The notes beneath the pieces were generated by a model, which was not told the DNA's origin, searched no databases, and worked only from the letters and a program-made list of their open reading frames with translations. A stretch of DNA of 64,000 bases from Candidatus Latescibacterota bacterium (GTDB taxonomy: Bacteria > Latescibacterota > UBA2968). Positions 37,441-49,750 of the stretch are shown in pieces (within the stretch, counting starts at the first letter, position 1; each line of letters opens with the position of its first letter). The translations under genes were made by a program, and so were the position numbers. The DNA is taken from contig OZ240241.1 in the NCBI GenBank assembly GCA_965198115.1, positions 6,880,001 to 6,944,000 of the forward strand, written 5' to 3'.

Positions 37441-40122
37441 ATGAGCGAAATCAAAAACACATTCGGCGCGGAAGCGACGCTGGACACGCAGGGCGGGTCG
37501 GTCAGGATCTACCGGCTCGATGTGTTCGATTCGATCGATTCTCTGCCCTACAGTATCAAGGTGTTGGCTGAAGCGGGGCTTCGGAACCTCGATGACTATC
37601 AGGTGACGGCTGCCGATGTCGAACGGATTGCGAATTGGGATCCGTCAGATCCGACGCAGGAAGAGATTCCGTTCAAGCCCGCCCGCGTCGTGCTTCAGGA
37701 TTTCACGGGTGTGCCGTCCCTCGTCGATTTGGCGGCGTTGCGGTCGGCGATGGATCGATTGGGGGGCGACCCCCGTAAGATCGAGCCGCTGATTCCGTCG
37801 GACCTGGTGGTGGATCATTCGGTGCAGGTCGATCGTTTTGCCTCGCCGGATGCCCTGCAACAGAACGCGGAGATCGAATTCGAGCGAAACAACGAGCGTT
37901 ACGAGTTTTTGCGATGGGGGTCGAACGCGTTCGAGAGTTTCCGCGTTGTTCCCCCGGCGACGGGTATCGTGCATCAGGTGAATCTCGAATACCTGGCGAA
38001 GGGCGTGATGAAGCGTGACGGCATCGCGTTTCCCGACAGTCTTGTCGGTACCGATTCACACACGACGATGATCAACGGGTTGGGCGTCCTCGGATGGGGA
38101 GTCGGTGGCATCGAGGCCGAGGCGGTGATGCTGGGGCAGCCGATCTATATGCTGGCCCCCGAGGTGATCGGGTTCAAGCTGCAGGGCGAACTGCCAGAGG
38201 GCGCGACAGCGACCGATCTGGCCCTGATGGTGGTTCAGATGCTGCGTGAAAAGGGTGTCGTTGGAAAATTCGTGGAGTTCTATGGATCGGGGTTGTCGGC
38301 AATGTCTCTGGCAGATCGAGCGACGATCGCGAATATGGCGCCCGAGTACGGCGCGACGATGGGTTTCTTCCCGACAGACGACGAAACGCTTCGCTATCTC
38401 GAGCGAACGAGTCGGTCACCTGAAGAAATTGATCTGGTCGAGCGATACACGAAAGAGCAAGGTCTGTTCCGGACGGACGACATCCCGGAACCAGGGTTCA
38501 CGGACACGCTCGAGTTGGATCTGAGTCACGTCGAGCCGAGTCTGGCAGGCCCCAAACGTCCACAGGATCGCATTCCGTTGAGCGATATGCGTGGGGGCTT
38601 CGAGGATGCGCTGGAGGCGCCCGTCGGGAACAGCGGTTTCGGTCTCAACGCCGCGGAGCGAACCCGATCCGTCGACGTCTCGCTCGATGGTAACGAGGCG
38701 GCGATCGGACACGGTGCCGTTGTGATCGCGGCGATCACGAGTTGCACCAACACGAGTAATCCGTCGGTGATGGTCGCGGCTGGCTTGCTGGCGAAGAATG
38801 CGGTTGAGAGAGGCCTTTCTGTGCCAGCCTACGTGAAAACGAGCCTGGCGCCGGGGTCGCGGGTGGTGACGGATTACCTGGATCGCGCGGGGTTGACGGG
38901 CGACCTGGAGGCGCTCGGTTTCCACACGGTGGGTTATGGATGCACGACGTGCATCGGGAACAGCGGTCCCCTCCCCGGGCCGGTCGTCGAGGCGATCGAC
39001 GAGGGCGATCTCGTTGCGGCTTCGGTTCTGTCGGGGAACAGAAACTTCGAAGGACGAGTGAATCCACACGTGAAGGCGAACTATCTGGCGTCGCCTCCGC
39101 TGGTCGTAGCCTATGCGATCGCGGGGCGCGTCGATATGGATCTCGTGAGAGAACCGTTGGGCGAAGGACGGGACGGGCCCGTGTACCTCCGTGATCTCTG
39201 GCCGACACAAGAGCAGATTTCGGAGACGGTGGCGCAAGCACTGCAGCCGGAGATGTTCGCGGGTCGATACGGCAACGTTTTCGACGGGAATGAGATGTGG
39301 AACGCCATCGGGGGTCAGGAGGGCGATCTCTACGGTTGGAATACGTCGAGTACCTACGTGCAAGAGCCGCCGTTCTTCCAGGACCTGTCTGCGGAACCGG
39401 AATCGGTCGCGGACATTTCCGGCGCGCGTGTGCTGGCTATGTTGGGTGATTCGGTGACGACGGATCACATTTCGCCGGCCGGCAGCATCGCCGTCGACAG
39501 CCCTGCGGGTCGTTACCTGATCGATCAAGATGTCGAGCCGAAGGATTTCAACTCCTATGGTTCGCGTCGGGGCAATCACGAGGTCATGATGCGCGGGACC
39601 TTCGCGAACATCCGCATTCGAAACCTGCTTGCCCCCGGGACCGAGGGTGGGGTGACGCGTCATCTGCCGAGCGGCGAAGAGATGAGCATTTACGATGCAG
39701 CTATGCGCTACGTGGATGAAGGCGTTCCCGTGATCGTGATAGCCGGGAAGGAATACGGGACGGGGTCATCGAGGGACTGGGCGGCGAAAGGCCCGGCGTT
39801 ACAGGGTGTACGGGCGGTGATCGCCGAAAGCTTTGAACGGATCCACCGCAGTAACCTGGTCGGAATGGGCGTGCTGCCGCTTCAGTTCAAGGATGGGGAA
39901 AACCCATCGTCCCTCGGGTTGGATGGGACAGAGACTTTCGAAATTTCGGGCATCGCAGGCGATGCGTTGCATCCTCTCCAAGACGCGACCGTGGTAGCGC
40001 GCGGCAAAAGCGGCGACACGACGTTCACGGCAACCGTGCGGATCGACACACCTGTGGAGGTGGATTATTACCGTAACGGCGGGATCCTTCACACGGTGCT
40101 GAGGAATTTTTTGAAGAGTTAG
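37441..40122 (+). CDS. acnA: Aconitate hydratase A
   Basis: [34 protein letters not shown] and [10 protein letters not shown] motifs. Confidence 0.98.
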   Translation: MSEIKNTFGAEATLDTQGGSVRIYRLDVFDSIDSLPYSIKVLAEAGLRNLDDYQVTAADVERIANWDPSDPTQEEIPFKPARVVLQDFTGVPSLVDLAALRSAMDRLGGDPRKIEPLIPSDLVVDHSVQVDRFASPDALQQNAEIEFERNNERYEFLRWGSNAFESFRVVPPATGIVHQVNLEYLAKGVMKRDGIAFPDSLVGTDSHTTMINGLGVLGWGVGGIEAEAVMLGQPIYMLAPEVIGFKLQGELPEGATATDLALMVVQMLREKGVVGKFVEFYGSGLSAMSLADRATIANMAPEYGATMGFFPTDDETLRYLERTSRSPEEIDLVERYTKEQGLFRTDDIPEPGFTDTLELDLSHVEPSLAGPKRPQDRIPLSDMRGGFEDALEAPVGNSGFGLNAAERTRSVDVSLDGNEAAIGHGAVVIAAITSCTNTSNPSVMVAAGLLAKNAVERGLSVPAYVKTSLAPGSRVVTDYLDRAGLTGDLEALGFHTVGYGCTTCIGNSGPLPGPVVEAIDEGDLVAASVLSGNRNFEGRVNPHVKANYLASPPLVVAYAIAGRVDMDLVREPLGEGRDGPVYLRDLWPTQEQISETVAQALQPEMFAGRYGNVFDGNEMWNAIGGQEGDLYGWNTSSTYVQEPPFFQDLSAEPESVADISGARVLAMLGDSVTTDHISPAGSIAVDSPAGRYLIDQDVEPKDFNSYGSRRGNHEVMMRGTFANIRIRNLLAPGTEGGVTRHLPSGEEMSIYDAAMRYVDEGVPVIVIAGKEYGTGSSRDWAAKGPALQGVRAVIAESFERIHRSNLVGMGVLPLQFKDGENPSSLGLDGTETFEISGIAGDALHPLQDATVVARGKSGDTTFTATVRIDTPVEVDYYRNGGILHTVLRNFLKS

Positions 40123-40134
40123 GCGTGGTGGACC

Positions 40135-40182
40135 AAACAGAAGGAGCCCTCTCCGAATGATTGAGAGGGCTCCTTCTGTTTT
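40135..40182. terminator. Intrinsic terminator after acnA
   Basis: AAACAGAAGGAGCCCTCTC-loop-GAGAGGGCTCCTTCTGTTTT. Confidence 0.85.
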
Positions 40183-40195
40183 AAGCCCAAATCAA

Positions 40196-40317
40196 CACTC
40201 GGAACTCGTTATTCGGCACTCGGAACTGGGGTTTTCCAAGAAAGTGGCCCCGGGGCCACTTTTAAGAGATAGAAACGAGTGCCGAATTCGGAGTACTGAG
40301 TTTTGAGTTTCGAGGGG
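40196..40317. repeat. Bipartite heptamer-repeat element, locus 2, with central 22-bp perfect palindrome
   Basis: CACTCGG AACTCGT TATTCGG CACTCGG ... AAAGTGGCCCCGGGGCCACTTT ... GAGTGCC GAATTCG GAGTACT GAGTTTT GAGTTTC GAGGGG. Confidence 0.75.
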
Positions 40318-40407
40318 CCAATTGCTGGGCTGGATGGTACGACCACGTTGCCCTGGGGCGGATGCAATCCGCCCTTACGGCAATTGGACTCGCGCGAGGG
40401 CTTCGCC

Positions 40408-41790
40408 CTATTTCTTTTTGGCGAAGGATTTCGCGTTGATGTCGTACTTCTTCAACTTCTGGTGGAAATTCTGCCAGGCGATGCCAGCCATCTTGGAGGC
40501 GTGGGTGATGTTGCCCCCGGTCTTGGTGAGAACCTCTTTGATGTAGATCTGTTCGAACGATTCACGTGCCTCTTGAAGGGAGAGATGGGAATAGCTCGCG
40601 GCTTCTTCGATGAGCGTGGCTTTCCCCTCCTGGAGCGCGGTTGGCAGATCCATAAGGTCGATTACGTCTTCCTGGCAGAGGGCGACAGCCCGCTCGATGA
40701 CGTTTTCGAGTTCACGCACGTTGCCTGGCCAATCGTGGCGGATCAGGCTGTTCATCGCCTGTTCCGTGATCGCCCTCGCTTCACAGTCCTGCGGCCGATG
40801 CTTTTCGAGAAAGTGGTGGACGAGCAGGGGAATGTCATCGCGACGCTCCCGCAGCGCCGGGAGATGGAGCTGGATGACGTTCAGCCGGTAGAAGAGGTCT
40901 TCGCGAAATCTCCCTTTCTCGACTTGCTCCTCCAGATTCCGGTTGGTCGCGGCGACGAGGCGGACATCGGTTTTGATTGGCGTCGTCGACCCGACGCGGA
41001 TGAACTCCTTCTCCTGAAGGACGCGTAGGAGACGCACCTGCGCAGCCAGACTCATCTCGCCGACCTCGTCCAGAAACAGCGTGCCACCGTTCGCCGCTTC
41101 GAAGTAGCCGATCTTCTGTGCGGTTGCTCCCGTGAACGAGCCCTTTTCGTGACCGAACAGCTCGCTCTCGAGCAGCTCCTCCGGAATCGACGCGCAGTGG
41201 AGCGCGAAGAATCGACTTTCCTTACGCGGGCAGTTGAGGTGTACGGCACTGGCGATCAGTTCCTTCCCGGTCCCCGTTTCTCCCGTGATCAGCACGGTGC
41301 TGTCGGTCGGGGCGATCCGTTTGACGAGGTCGAACACTTCGGCCATTGCCGTGCTCTTGCCGATGACACCTTCGAAGTCCCCTCCCACGAGGACCTGAAT
41401 ATGATGCAGTTGCTTTTCGACAGCCCTGTGTTCGACGGCTTTCTGAATCCGAAGGTCGACCGCTTCGGGGGTAGATGGTTTTTCGAGATAGTCGTAGGCA
41501 CCGAGACGACCGGCCTCGACGGCGCTTTCGATGCCGCCTTGCCCGGTGAGCATAATGACGATCTGGTCGGGTCGAACTTTTCTTATCTGCTGGAGGGTTT
41601 CGATGCCGTCCATTCCCGGCATCCGAATGTCGAGCAGGACGACGTCGAACGATCGGTCCTCGATCTCAGTCAAGGCCTGCTTTCCGCCCGCGGCGATCGT
41701 GACGCCGTAGTCTTTGAGCTCTAGCCCGATCTTGAAGCTTTCGAGCAGGTTGGGTTCATCATCGACGATGAGGATGTTCTGTTTTGACAC
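40408..41790 (-). CDS. Sigma54-dependent NtrC-family response regulator
   Basis: Receiver domain, [14 protein letters not shown] (GAFTGA variant), [13 protein letters not shown] and a Fis-type HTH. Confidence 0.93.
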   Translation of the reverse strand: MSKQNILIVDDEPNLLESFKIGLELKDYGVTIAAGGKQALTEIEDRSFDVVLLDIRMPGMDGIETLQQIRKVRPDQIVIMLTGQGGIESAVEAGRLGAYDYLEKPSTPEAVDLRIQKAVEHRAVEKQLHHIQVLVGGDFEGVIGKSTAMAEVFDLVKRIAPTDSTVLITGETGTGKELIASAVHLNCPRKESRFFALHCASIPEELLESELFGHEKGSFTGATAQKIGYFEAANGGTLFLDEVGEMSLAAQVRLLRVLQEKEFIRVGSTTPIKTDVRLVAATNRNLEEQVEKGRFREDLFYRLNVIQLHLPALRERRDDIPLLVHHFLEKHRPQDCEARAITEQAMNSLIRHDWPGNVRELENVIERAVALCQEDVIDLMDLPTALQEGKATLIEEAASYSHLSLQEARESFEQIYIKEVLTKTGGNITHASKMAGIAWQNFHQKLKKYDINAKSFAKKK

Positions 41791-41797
41791 GATGACC

Positions 41798-42691
41798 TCA
41801 GCCTGTGGGAGGATCAGCTCGGTCCAGGGCTCGCTTTTTGAACGCGAGCAGCGTGATGACGATAAAGATGACGAACCAGCACACGCCAAGCCACGTTATT
41901 CGAGTGGCGCGCGCGCGTCTGGTTCGGGCGATTTCCTCGACTGCGCGTTCAACCGTTTGAACCGCCTTCTGTGCCGTCGCTTCAATCGCCTCTCCGTCGA
42001 GCCCGTGCCAGACGAGCCGGGCCTGGATATATGTAGCGTGACCGGTTTGGACGAGGCCTTCGGCCCTTCTGACGTCGAGTCCGGCGCTTCGAGCCTGCTC
42101 AACAGACTGACGCGCGTTGATCAGTCCAGCTCTGACGATTTCGAATCGATCGCCGACGGACTGACCGAACACGAACTCGGCAGACGCCTCGTCGTGGCAC
42201 GTCCGACACGCGGGTTCGACAACGGTCACGGTTGGGTGCAGGACGGCGTGGTTGCTGTGGCACGAGGCACAGGCGAGGTCGCCGCTCTTTTCGAAGGCGG
42301 CGTGGTGCGGACCGGTGACAAAGTGCTCCATCGGGCCGATGTGGCACTCACCGCAGACGAGGGATCGGTACGTCTTGCTGGCCGCCTCGTTGACGGGCGC
42401 GATGCCGTGAATGCCGTGGCAGTCGATGCAGACCGCCTCGGCTTTGCCCGACGCCCAGTGGACGCTTTTCCCATAATCGGTTTCTACTTTCGGGTGACAC
42501 TCTCCGCAGACGGCGGGGATCGCGTTGCGAGCGATCGCGGCCTTCGTCGTGTCGGTATGACAGTCGACGCATTCAAAATAGCCGTGCACGCCGTCGTAGA
42601 AGGCCTGTTCCGTTTCGCGAGGCAGGGGATCCAGGGCCGCCGCGGGTGCGGGCACCAGCGCTAGGCTGGCAACGAGGAACCACGTGTTCAT
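41798..42691 (-). CDS. Membrane-anchored hexaheme cytochrome c
   Basis: Signal peptide from ATG 42691; six CxxCH motifs (CVDCH, CGECH, CIDCH, CGECH, CASCH, CRTCH); C-terminal TM helix. Confidence 0.88.
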   Translation of the reverse strand: MNTWFLVASLALVPAPAAALDPLPRETEQAFYDGVHGYFECVDCHTDTTKAAIARNAIPAVCGECHPKVETDYGKSVHWASGKAEAVCIDCHGIHGIAPVNEAASKTYRSLVCGECHIGPMEHFVTGPHHAAFEKSGDLACASCHSNHAVLHPTVTVVEPACRTCHDEASAEFVFGQSVGDRFEIVRAGLINARQSVEQARSAGLDVRRAEGLVQTGHATYIQARLVWHGLDGEAIEATAQKAVQTVERAVEEIARTRRARATRITWLGVCWFVIFIVITLLAFKKRALDRADPPTG

Positions 42692-43848
42692 TTCGCTCGC
42701 TCTTCCGGGAGGACGGCCGTTGGCCAGCCTTTCGCGCTGAACCGATAGGTTGTCCCGAAGAGGTTTCGTTCGGTTTCTGAAAGATGGCCGAGCACTCCGA
42801 GCGCGAGCGTGACGACGACGAAACCCGTGGCTACCCCGAGTGCGACCGGGCGCTTGCGGGGGTGTCGCTCGGGCGATCGGTCGAGAAAGGGCAGCAGAAA
42901 GATCAGCACGGCGGCGACACCCGGAATCCCGACGGCGATCGGCTCGGGCAAATACTTGAGTAGCTGGAACATCGGGAGAAAATACCACTCGGGTTTGATG
43001 CCATCGGGCGTGTTGAACGGGTCCGCGCGATCGGTCGGCATCAACGGGTAGAGGATGGCGAGCGTGAGGAGCAAACCGAGTGCGGCGTAAGCGACGATGC
43101 TTTCTTTCAGTACGTGATTCGGAAAGAAGGGTTTGCCACCCCCGGCTTGGAGCTGCTGTCGGGTCGGCTCTGGCTCGTCCGTGCGCGACAGGGGGGCGGT
43201 TCCCTGGATACGGATGAGTATCAAATGGATGCTGACCGCCCCGACGAACAGGACGGGCAGCACGGCTACGTGGACAACGAAAAACCTGCCCAGGGTGGCT
43301 TCACCCACTTCGGTCTGTCCGCGCATCAGTTCGCGAACGAGGGGTCCCACGACGGGCATCGATCCGGGCGCTTCGGTCCCGACGGTCGTGGCCCAAAAGG
43401 CCAGTTGGTCCCAGGGGAGCAGGTAGCCGGTAAACCCGAACCCGAACACGATCCCGAGAAGCACCGTGCCGAACAGCCAGGTGATCTCACGAGGTCGTTT
43501 GTAGGCGCCGTAGACGAAGGTCTTCACCATATGAATGAGGACGGTGAGCACCATCAGGTTCGCGCCCCACACGTGGATCTGTCGTACGAACCAGCCAAAA
43601 GGCACCGTGTCGTGGATGAAGAGCACGCTGTTGTAAGCGTCACGGACGGTCGGTTTGTAATAGACCATCATCAGGATCCCGGTGATGGCCTGCAGGAGAA
43701 ACAGAAAGAGCGCGAGCGATCCGAGGGTGTATAGAACGTTGGCGTGCCGGGGAACAGGCTTGCGAAGGTTCTCCGCCAGGGTGGCGAGGAGCGGGCGAAT
43801 GGAGACGCGGTCGTCCAGCCATTGGACAAGAGGCTCGAGACGGTTCAT
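42688..43848 (-). CDS. qcrB: Cytochrome b of a Rieske/cytochrome b complex
   Basis: [25 protein letters not shown] and PEWYF motifs. Confidence 0.9.
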   Translation of the reverse strand: MNRLEPLVQWLDDRVSIRPLLATLAENLRKPVPRHANVLYTLGSLALFLFLLQAITGILMMVYYKPTVRDAYNSVLFIHDTVPFGWFVRQIHVWGANLMVLTVLIHMVKTFVYGAYKRPREITWLFGTVLLGIVFGFGFTGYLLPWDQLAFWATTVGTEAPGSMPVVGPLVRELMRGQTEVGEATLGRFFVVHVAVLPVLFVGAVSIHLILIRIQGTAPLSRTDEPEPTRQQLQAGGGKPFFPNHVLKESIVAYAALGLLLTLAILYPLMPTDRADPFNTPDGIKPEWYFLPMFQLLKYLPEPIAVGIPGVAAVLIFLLPFLDRSPERHPRKRPVALGVATGFVVVTLALGVLGHLSETERNLFGTTYRFSAKGWPTAVLPEERAK

Positions 43849-44312
43849 GCCAGACGTATCCGATCGTCCCGAACCTGGATCGGGACGGGTGTGATGTCCT
43901 CGGGAGGCGGGCCCGCGACGACACGGCCTTCGAGATCGAACCGACCTCCGTGGCACGGGCACTCGATCGTTTCGCGACGGTCACTCCACCGGACGACACA
44001 CCCCAGGTGGGGGCAGACTGCGGTGAAAGCCAGCCATTGACCGTTCTTCCGGATCACGAGGGTCGGTCGGCCGGCGAGACGCCCGACTACGCCCGTTCCC
44101 TCGATGACGTCGGCGGGTAGAATGGGATCGCCGTTCGGATCCTCGAAGGTGTTCGAACCCAATCGGGATGCCTTGAGCGGCGTGAGGTAGGCAAAGATCG
44201 GGGCCACGAAACCGATGACGGATGCGACGAGGCTGAAGCTCAGGAGGATGGTCAGAACGTCCCGTCTCTGTGCGGTCACGACTCGAGTCCTCGCAGTGAG
44301 GGTTCCAGACAC
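43845..44312 (-). CDS. qcrA: Rieske 2Fe-2S subunit
   Basis: Tat-like RR plus TM helix; CPHLGC and CPCHGG motifs. Confidence 0.9.
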   Translation of the reverse strand: MSGTLTARTRVVTAQRRDVLTILLSFSLVASVIGFVAPIFAYLTPLKASRLGSNTFEDPNGDPILPADVIEGTGVVGRLAGRPTLVIRKNGQWLAFTAVCPHLGCVVRWSDRRETIECPCHGGRFDLEGRVVAGPPPEDITPVPIQVRDDRIRLA

Positions 44313-44375
44313 AGAAAAGCGTCGAACCGGCTCGCATTCGACGCTCTAATATAACGCTCGACCGGAGTGTTTGTT

Positions 44376-45299
44376 TCAGAGTTGCAGGCGGGAGACGCTG
44401 TCGCGGATGCCGTCGGCGGACGCGTGAAGGGCAGCAGCTTCCACGCTCGTCAGACCGATTTCGATGATGTGCTCGACGCCGGAAGCCCCGAGCTTGACGG
44501 GGACGCCGACGAAGAGGTCGTGAATGCCATACTGGCCCGTCAACCAGGCGGCGCACGGTAAAATCCGCTTCTTGTCGCGAACGATGGCTTTGACCATTTC
44601 GGTGATGGCCGATGCGGGGGCGTAGAAGGCGCTGCCGGTTTTGAGATGGCCGACGATTTCGGCGCCTCCGTCCCGTGTGCGTTGAACGATTCGGTCGATG
44701 GCGGCCGCGTCGAGGAGTTCGGCGATCGGGATGCCGGCGACGGCCGTGTAACGAGGGAGCGGGAGCATTGCGTCGCCGTGACCGCCGAGCACGAAGGCGG
44801 TGATGTCCTCGACGGACACGTCGAGCTCGCGGGCGAGGAAGTATCGGTATCGGGCGGTGTCGAGGATGCCGGCCATCCCGACGACGCGTTCGGGGCTGAA
44901 GCCCGACCGCTTGTAGGCGACGTAGGCCATCGCGTCGAGCGGGTTGGTAACGACGATGAGGATGGAACCGGGCGCGTAGCGAGCGACGTCTTCGCTCACT
45001 TTGCCGACGATGTCGGCATTCGTGGTGAGGAGATCGTCCCGGCTCATACCGGGTGTGCGTGCAATGCCGGCGGTTACGATGACGATGTCGGCGCCCGTCA
45101 GGGCCGTGGCATCGTTCGTTCCGGTAATGAGGGTGTCGAATCGCTCGACCGGCGACGACTGGGCGAGGTCGAGCCCCTTACCCTGAGGAATCCCTTCGGC
45201 AACGTCGAGTAAAACGACTTCGCGGCCCAGCTCACTCTCTGCGATGTGCTGGGCCGCGGTGGCTCCTACGTTGCCCGCGCCTACGACGGCGATTTTCAC
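44376..45299 (-). CDS. mdh: Malate dehydrogenase (LDH-like)
   Basis: [23 protein letters not shown] and GGHGD motifs. Confidence 0.95.
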   Translation of the reverse strand: MKIAVVGAGNVGATAAQHIAESELGREVVLLDVAEGIPQGKGLDLAQSSPVERFDTLITGTNDATALTGADIVIVTAGIARTPGMSRDDLLTTNADIVGKVSEDVARYAPGSILIVVTNPLDAMAYVAYKRSGFSPERVVGMAGILDTARYRYFLARELDVSVEDITAFVLGGHGDAMLPLPRYTAVAGIPIAELLDAAAIDRIVQRTRDGGAEIVGHLKTGSAFYAPASAITEMVKAIVRDKKRILPCAAWLTGQYGIHDLFVGVPVKLGASGVEHIIEIGLTSVEAAALHASADGIRDSVSRLQL

Positions 45300-45333
45300 G
45301 CGGACCTCGTTAGATGATGGCGATTAGCTCGAG

Positions 45334-45594
45334 TCAGGATGCCTTTGCGTAGACGCTGACTTTTTTCTTCGACTTGCCGACGCGCTCGAACGTCACGACG
45401 CCGTCGATGACGGCGAACAGCGAATCGTCCTTGGCACGTTTGACGTTGTCTCCTGGATGAATGCGTGTTCCTCGCTGGCGGATGATGATGCTCCCCGACG
45501 ACACGAATTCGCCCCCGAACGCTTTGACGCCGAGTCGTTGACCCTGGCTGTCGCGTCCATTTCTGGAGCTGCCGACGCCTTTTTTGTGTGCCAT
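45334..45594 (-). CDS. rpmA: 50S ribosomal protein L27
   Basis: [16 protein letters not shown]. Confidence 0.98.
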   Translation of the reverse strand: MAHKKGVGSSRNGRDSQGQRLGVKAFGGEFVSSGSIIIRQRGTRIHPGDNVKRAKDDSLFAVIDGVVTFERVGKSKKKVSVYAKAS

Positions 45595-45614
45595 TGCCGA
45601 TTCCTCTGCGGTGC

Positions 45615-45926
45615 TCAGGCGGAGATCTTGTCGATCTGGAGATCGGTGTAGGGTTGCCGGTGCCCGTTCTTCCGACGGTAGCCTTTTCGTCTCTTCATTT
45701 TGAAGACGATGACCTTCTTGTCTCTGCCGTGATCGAGCACACTGGTTTCGACCGTTGCGCCATCGACGGTCGGCGCCCCGATTCGGGTGCCGCTGTCGTC
45801 GGAAACGAGGAGGACATTGTCGAGCGTGACCTTGCTCCCGGGTTCACCTTCGAGCTTTTGGACTCGGATTTTGTCGCCCTCTTGTACCTTGAGCTGACGA
45901 CCTCCGACCTGGACTACCGCATACAT
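45615..45926 (-). CDS. rplU: 50S ribosomal protein L21
   Basis: [14 protein letters not shown]...[14 protein letters not shown]. Confidence 0.97.
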   Translation of the reverse strand: MYAVVQVGGRQLKVQEGDKIRVQKLEGEPGSKVTLDNVLLVSDDSGTRIGAPTVDGATVETSVLDHGRDKKVIVFKMKRRKGYRRKNGHRQPYTDLQIDKISA

Positions 45927-46011
45927 ACCTATGGTGCCTCCGAGCTGGTGCTGTGCCCCTCTGAACGGTCCGACCAAAGAGGTATAAGGCTATCCAAAAC
46001 AGGCGTTTCAG

Positions 46012-47553
46012 TCAAGATTTAAATTCTTTTGTGATATCCTGCTTTCTCTTTCGCGAGTAGATCCTGTAGTCGTCGGCCTGGATACCGGAGTCGGATTCGA
46101 CGTTGAGCCAGACGCGCGTCGACTTTCGCATCCGTTTGAGACGTTCCTTCCGATTCTCGAGCAGGTATTCGCTCAGCACCGGGTTGACCATCACGGTCAG
46201 ACGTCGCTCGATCGAGGCGGCGCGGCTGCGCTTGAGCCAACGCTCGATCTCCGACAGGGTGGTTTCCTTGCTCACGACGCGCCCCGTGCCGCTGCAGTGC
46301 GGACACTGTTCGCTGTAGGTGAACATCAGGCTGGGTCGAACGCGCTGCCGCGTCATTTCCATCAGCCCGAATTCACTGATTTCGGACACACGCGGGCGGG
46401 AACGGTCGCGACGCAAAGCCTGGCGGAACTCGTCTTCGACCCGACGCCGATTCTGTGGCAGCATCATGTCGATGAAGTCGATGACGATGATGCCACCCAT
46501 ATCCCGCAATCGGATCTGACGCGCGATCTCATTGGCGGCTTCGAGGTTGGTCCGGAGGACGGTTTCTTCCTGGTTCTTCCGGCCGACGTAGCGACCGCTG
46601 TTGACGTCGATGGCGACGAGCGCTTCGGTGTGATCGATGACGAGGTAGCCACCGCCGCGGAGCCAGGCCTGGCGTTGGGCAGCCTTCTGGATCTCGTCTT
46701 CGATGCCGTGCGCGTCGAATATGGGACGACGATCGCTGTAGTATTCGACTTTATCGCGAAGGTGTGGAGAAACGCCCTTGAGATACCGGAGGATCTTTTT
46801 GTATTCCTGTTTGGAGTCGACGACGACCCGATCGACATCGTCGGTGAAGAGATCCCGGACCATACTGGAAGTCATGGCCATTTCTTTGTGGAGCAGCGAC
46901 GGTGCGCCGTTTTTCAAAGCGTCTTTTTCGATTCGGCGCCACATCGCCACGAGCTCCTTCAGGTCGCGGCTGAACTCGCGCTCGCCCTTGCCGTCGGCTT
47001 CGGTACGGACGATGACCCCGACTCCGTCGGGTTTGATGCGTCGCCCCAGGTCTTTGAGACGGCGTTTTTCGCCCCAATTGGTGATTTTGCGAGAAACACC
47101 GACCTTCCCACCACCCGGAACGAGTACCATAAAACGCCCGGCGATGGAGGGCACGCCCGTGACTCTCGACCCTTTCGTCCCGATCGGCTCCTTTTTGATC
47201 TGGACGATGTGGTCCTGGCCCTTTTTAAGGACTTCCTCGATCGGGAAGACCGGCTGGCCCCTGGAATTCGTACGGTAGTCGATCTCTTCGAGTGTCTCTT
47301 CGTCGAGTTCGACCATCGATCCGGGCGATCCGGGCAGGTCGGACACGTGGAGAAAGGCGCTTTTCTCGAGACCGATGTCGACGAAGGCGGCCTGCATACC
47401 GGGCAGAACGGCCGTTACCTTGCCGTGATAGATGTCGCCGACCATCCGCTCGCTGTCGGATCGTTCGACGAGGATTTCTACGAGGCGATCGTCTTCGAGG
47501 ATGGCGATTCGCGATTCTTGTGAAGCTACATTGATGAAAATTTCTGTTTTCAA
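46012..47553 (-). CDS. rng: Ribonuclease E/G family protein
   Basis: S1 domain (QAAFVDIG), IDVNSG, GGIIVIDFIDM and CPHC motifs. Confidence 0.92.
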   Translation of the reverse strand: MKTEIFINVASQESRIAILEDDRLVEILVERSDSERMVGDIYHGKVTAVLPGMQAAFVDIGLEKSAFLHVSDLPGSPGSMVELDEETLEEIDYRTNSRGQPVFPIEEVLKKGQDHIVQIKKEPIGTKGSRVTGVPSIAGRFMVLVPGGGKVGVSRKITNWGEKRRLKDLGRRIKPDGVGVIVRTEADGKGEREFSRDLKELVAMWRRIEKDALKNGAPSLLHKEMAMTSSMVRDLFTDDVDRVVVDSKQEYKKILRYLKGVSPHLRDKVEYYSDRRPIFDAHGIEDEIQKAAQRQAWLRGGGYLVIDHTEALVAIDVNSGRYVGRKNQEETVLRTNLEAANEIARQIRLRDMGGIIVIDFIDMMLPQNRRRVEDEFRQALRRDRSRPRVSEISEFGLMEMTRQRVRPSLMFTYSEQCPHCSGTGRVVSKETTLSEIERWLKRSRAASIERRLTVMVNPVLSEYLLENRKERLKRMRKSTRVWLNVESDSGIQADDYRIYSRKRKQDITKEFKS

Positions 47554-47642
47554 ACGACTTACAACTCCTTCGGTAAATGGCTGCCCCTGAAATACTTATA
47601 CGCTTACTAATAAGAAAGGGTTCGAGAATCGACAAGTTGGCA

Positions 47643-48368
47643 TCAGGATGGGACGGCACGCCGAGGGAAGATGGTGATTTCTTCGACGATGGCCCGTTCC
47701 GGGAGACGGGCGACCATCAGGGCGGCGTCCGCCACATCTTCTGGTTGAAGGGCGGCCCGGCGCTTGGCGTCGGACACGGGGACGGGTCTGTGATCTAGTA
47801 TGGGGGTGTCGACCTCGCTTGGATAGATACAACAGGCTCGGATGCCCGACTCGCGAAACTCGGCGTTGATCGATTGGGTGAGGGCGGCCATCCCGAACTT
47901 GGAAGCGCTGTAGGCCACACCGCCGATCGTGCCGGCCCGTTTTCCAGCCATCGATGCGATGTTGATGACGAGACCGTCGGTTTGTGTCTCGAAGTGCGGG
48001 AGTGCGGCTTTGAAGCAGTTGTAAGCTCCCGTCAGGTTGATTTCGATGACGCGATCCCATTGTTCGGGAGGCATGTCGGAGAGGTTGCGCTTCTTGCTGT
48101 TGATCCCGGCGTTGTTGACGAGAATGTCGAGGGCGCCGAACCGCTCCACGGTCGTTGTGACAGCCTCCCCGACGGCGTTCCGGTCGTCGACGCTGCCGAC
48201 GGCGATCACCACGTTTGCCCGGTCTTTGCAAGCTTCTGCCGTTTCTTCGAGCGTTTCCCGCGTTCGGCCGAAGAGGGCGAGGTTCGCGTTGTCGTGAGCC
48301 AGACCGACGGCGATTGCCCGCCCGATACCGGTTCCCGCACCCGTGATCCACGCTGTTTTGGGCTTCAC
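47643..48368 (-). CDS. Short-chain dehydrogenase/reductase
   Basis: TGAGTGIG, NNAG and YSASK motifs. Confidence 0.92.
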   Translation of the reverse strand: MKPKTAWITGAGTGIGRAIAVGLAHDNANLALFGRTRETLEETAEACKDRANVVIAVGSVDDRNAVGEAVTTTVERFGALDILVNNAGINSKKRNLSDMPPEQWDRVIEINLTGAYNCFKAALPHFETQTDGLVINIASMAGKRAGTIGGVAYSASKFGMAALTQSINAEFRESGIRACCIYPSEVDTPILDHRPVPVSDAKRRAALQPEDVADAALMVARLPERAIVEEITIFPRRAVPS

Positions 48369-48535
48369 GATCGTCTACTCCCCGATGTCACAGTCGTCCT
48401 GATGGGGAACGAATCTATCCACCCGCCCAGATCGGGTCAAGCTTTGTCGATGTTCGTGGGTAGCGATGACTTGGGTGCGGGCATGTGTTATATTAGCTGT
48501 GTTGCGTGAAAATGAAGCCGCAGACGGGGAAATCG

Positions 48536-49750
48536 ATGATTGACATGCGGGAAGCGATCGATCGCGTACTCGAAAGCACGTCGCTGATCGATCGCACTCA
48601 CGTCCCCTTGATGGACGCGCTCGGGTATACGCTCTCGGAGGATGTCGTCTCCGACATCAACATGCCGCCGTTCGAGAAGGCGACGATGGACGGCTATGCC
48701 GTCATCGGGGCCGATGTGGTCAAGGCGTCGACGGATTCCCCGGTGACGCTCGATGTGATCGAGGAGGTTCAGGCCGGGGTCCTGCCGAAGAAGGCCGTTT
48801 TGCCCGGCCAGGCCACGCAGATTATGACGGGCGCGCCGGTACCCGAGGGGGCCGACACGGTCGTGATGGTCGAGGAAACCGAGCGCGTGGACGGGGTCGT
48901 CAAGATTCTGGCTCCGGTCGCGGCTGGAACCAACCGTGTGCCTCTGGGTGAGGATGTGAGGGAGGGACAGGTGGTCCTTAGGGCGGGCGTGACGCTCCGT
49001 CCACCCGAAATCGGTATTTTGGGCGCCATCGGGATCGACCCCGTCCCGGTCTATCGGCGTCCCGTCGTGGGGGTGGTGGCCACGGGTGATGAGATCGTCG
49101 AACCGAACGTAAAGCCCCAGCCGGGACAGATCCGGAACAGCAACGGGTATTCGATGGCGACGCAGGTGACGCGGGCCGGCGGCATCCCGCGCTACCTGGG
49201 CATCGCGACGGACGACGTGGATGATCTGCGACGGGTGATGACCGAGGGGACGGATTCGTGCGACGTGCTGCTGCTGTCGGGCGGCGTGTCGGCGGGTGTC
49301 TACGACCTCGTTCAAGGGGTGATGGAGGAGTTGGGTGTGGACGTGCGGTTCGACCGGATTCGTATGAAACCGGGCAAGCCGCTGACGTTCGGCGTTCGGG
49401 GCGACAAGCTGATCTTCGGGCTTCCCGGCAATCCCGTTTCATCGGTGGTGGGGCTGGAATTGCTCGTCAGACCGGCGCTCCGGAAGATGCAGGCGGTCGA
49501 CGAGGTGCATCGACCGAGGGTGACCGCACGGCTGGATGAGGCTTTTCGTCAGTCACCGGGTCGGGAGCAGTACGTGCCTGCGGCCTCACGCTTCGAGGAC
49601 GGCGGGTGGCGTACCCGGTGGGTGGGGCATCACGGCTCGGCCGATCTGTTCTCGATGTCGGAGGCGAACAGCCTGTTCGTGGTCGATGCAGAGGCGACGG
49701 GTGTTGAAGCCGGAGAAGATGTGGATGTGGTCCTGTTGACGGAATGGTAG
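48536..49750 (+). CDS. moeA: Molybdopterin molybdenumtransferase
   Basis: MDGYAV, IMTGAP, TGDE, SGGVS and GLPGNP motifs. Confidence 0.95.
   Translation: MIDMREAIDRVLESTSLIDRTHVPLMDALGYTLSEDVVSDINMPPFEKATMDGYAVIGADVVKASTDSPVTLDVIEEVQAGVLPKKAVLPGQATQIMTGAPVPEGADTVVMVEETERVDGVVKILAPVAAGTNRVPLGEDVREGQVVLRAGVTLRPPEIGILGAIGIDPVPVYRRPVVGVVATGDEIVEPNVKPQPGQIRNSNGYSMATQVTRAGGIPRYLGIATDDVDDLRRVMTEGTDSCDVLLLSGGVSAGVYDLVQGVMEELGVDVRFDRIRMKPGKPLTFGVRGDKLIFGLPGNPVSSVVGLELLVRPALRKMQAVDEVHRPRVTARLDEAFRQSPGREQYVPAASRFEDGGWRTRWVGHHGSADLFSMSEANSLFVVDAEATGVEAGEDVDVVLLTEW

Noticed and set aside
38416-39663. Long antisense ORFs opposite acnA, rng, sucC, oadA and others
   Set aside because: These are typical shadow ORFs of GC-rich coding strands, with no motifs or RBS.
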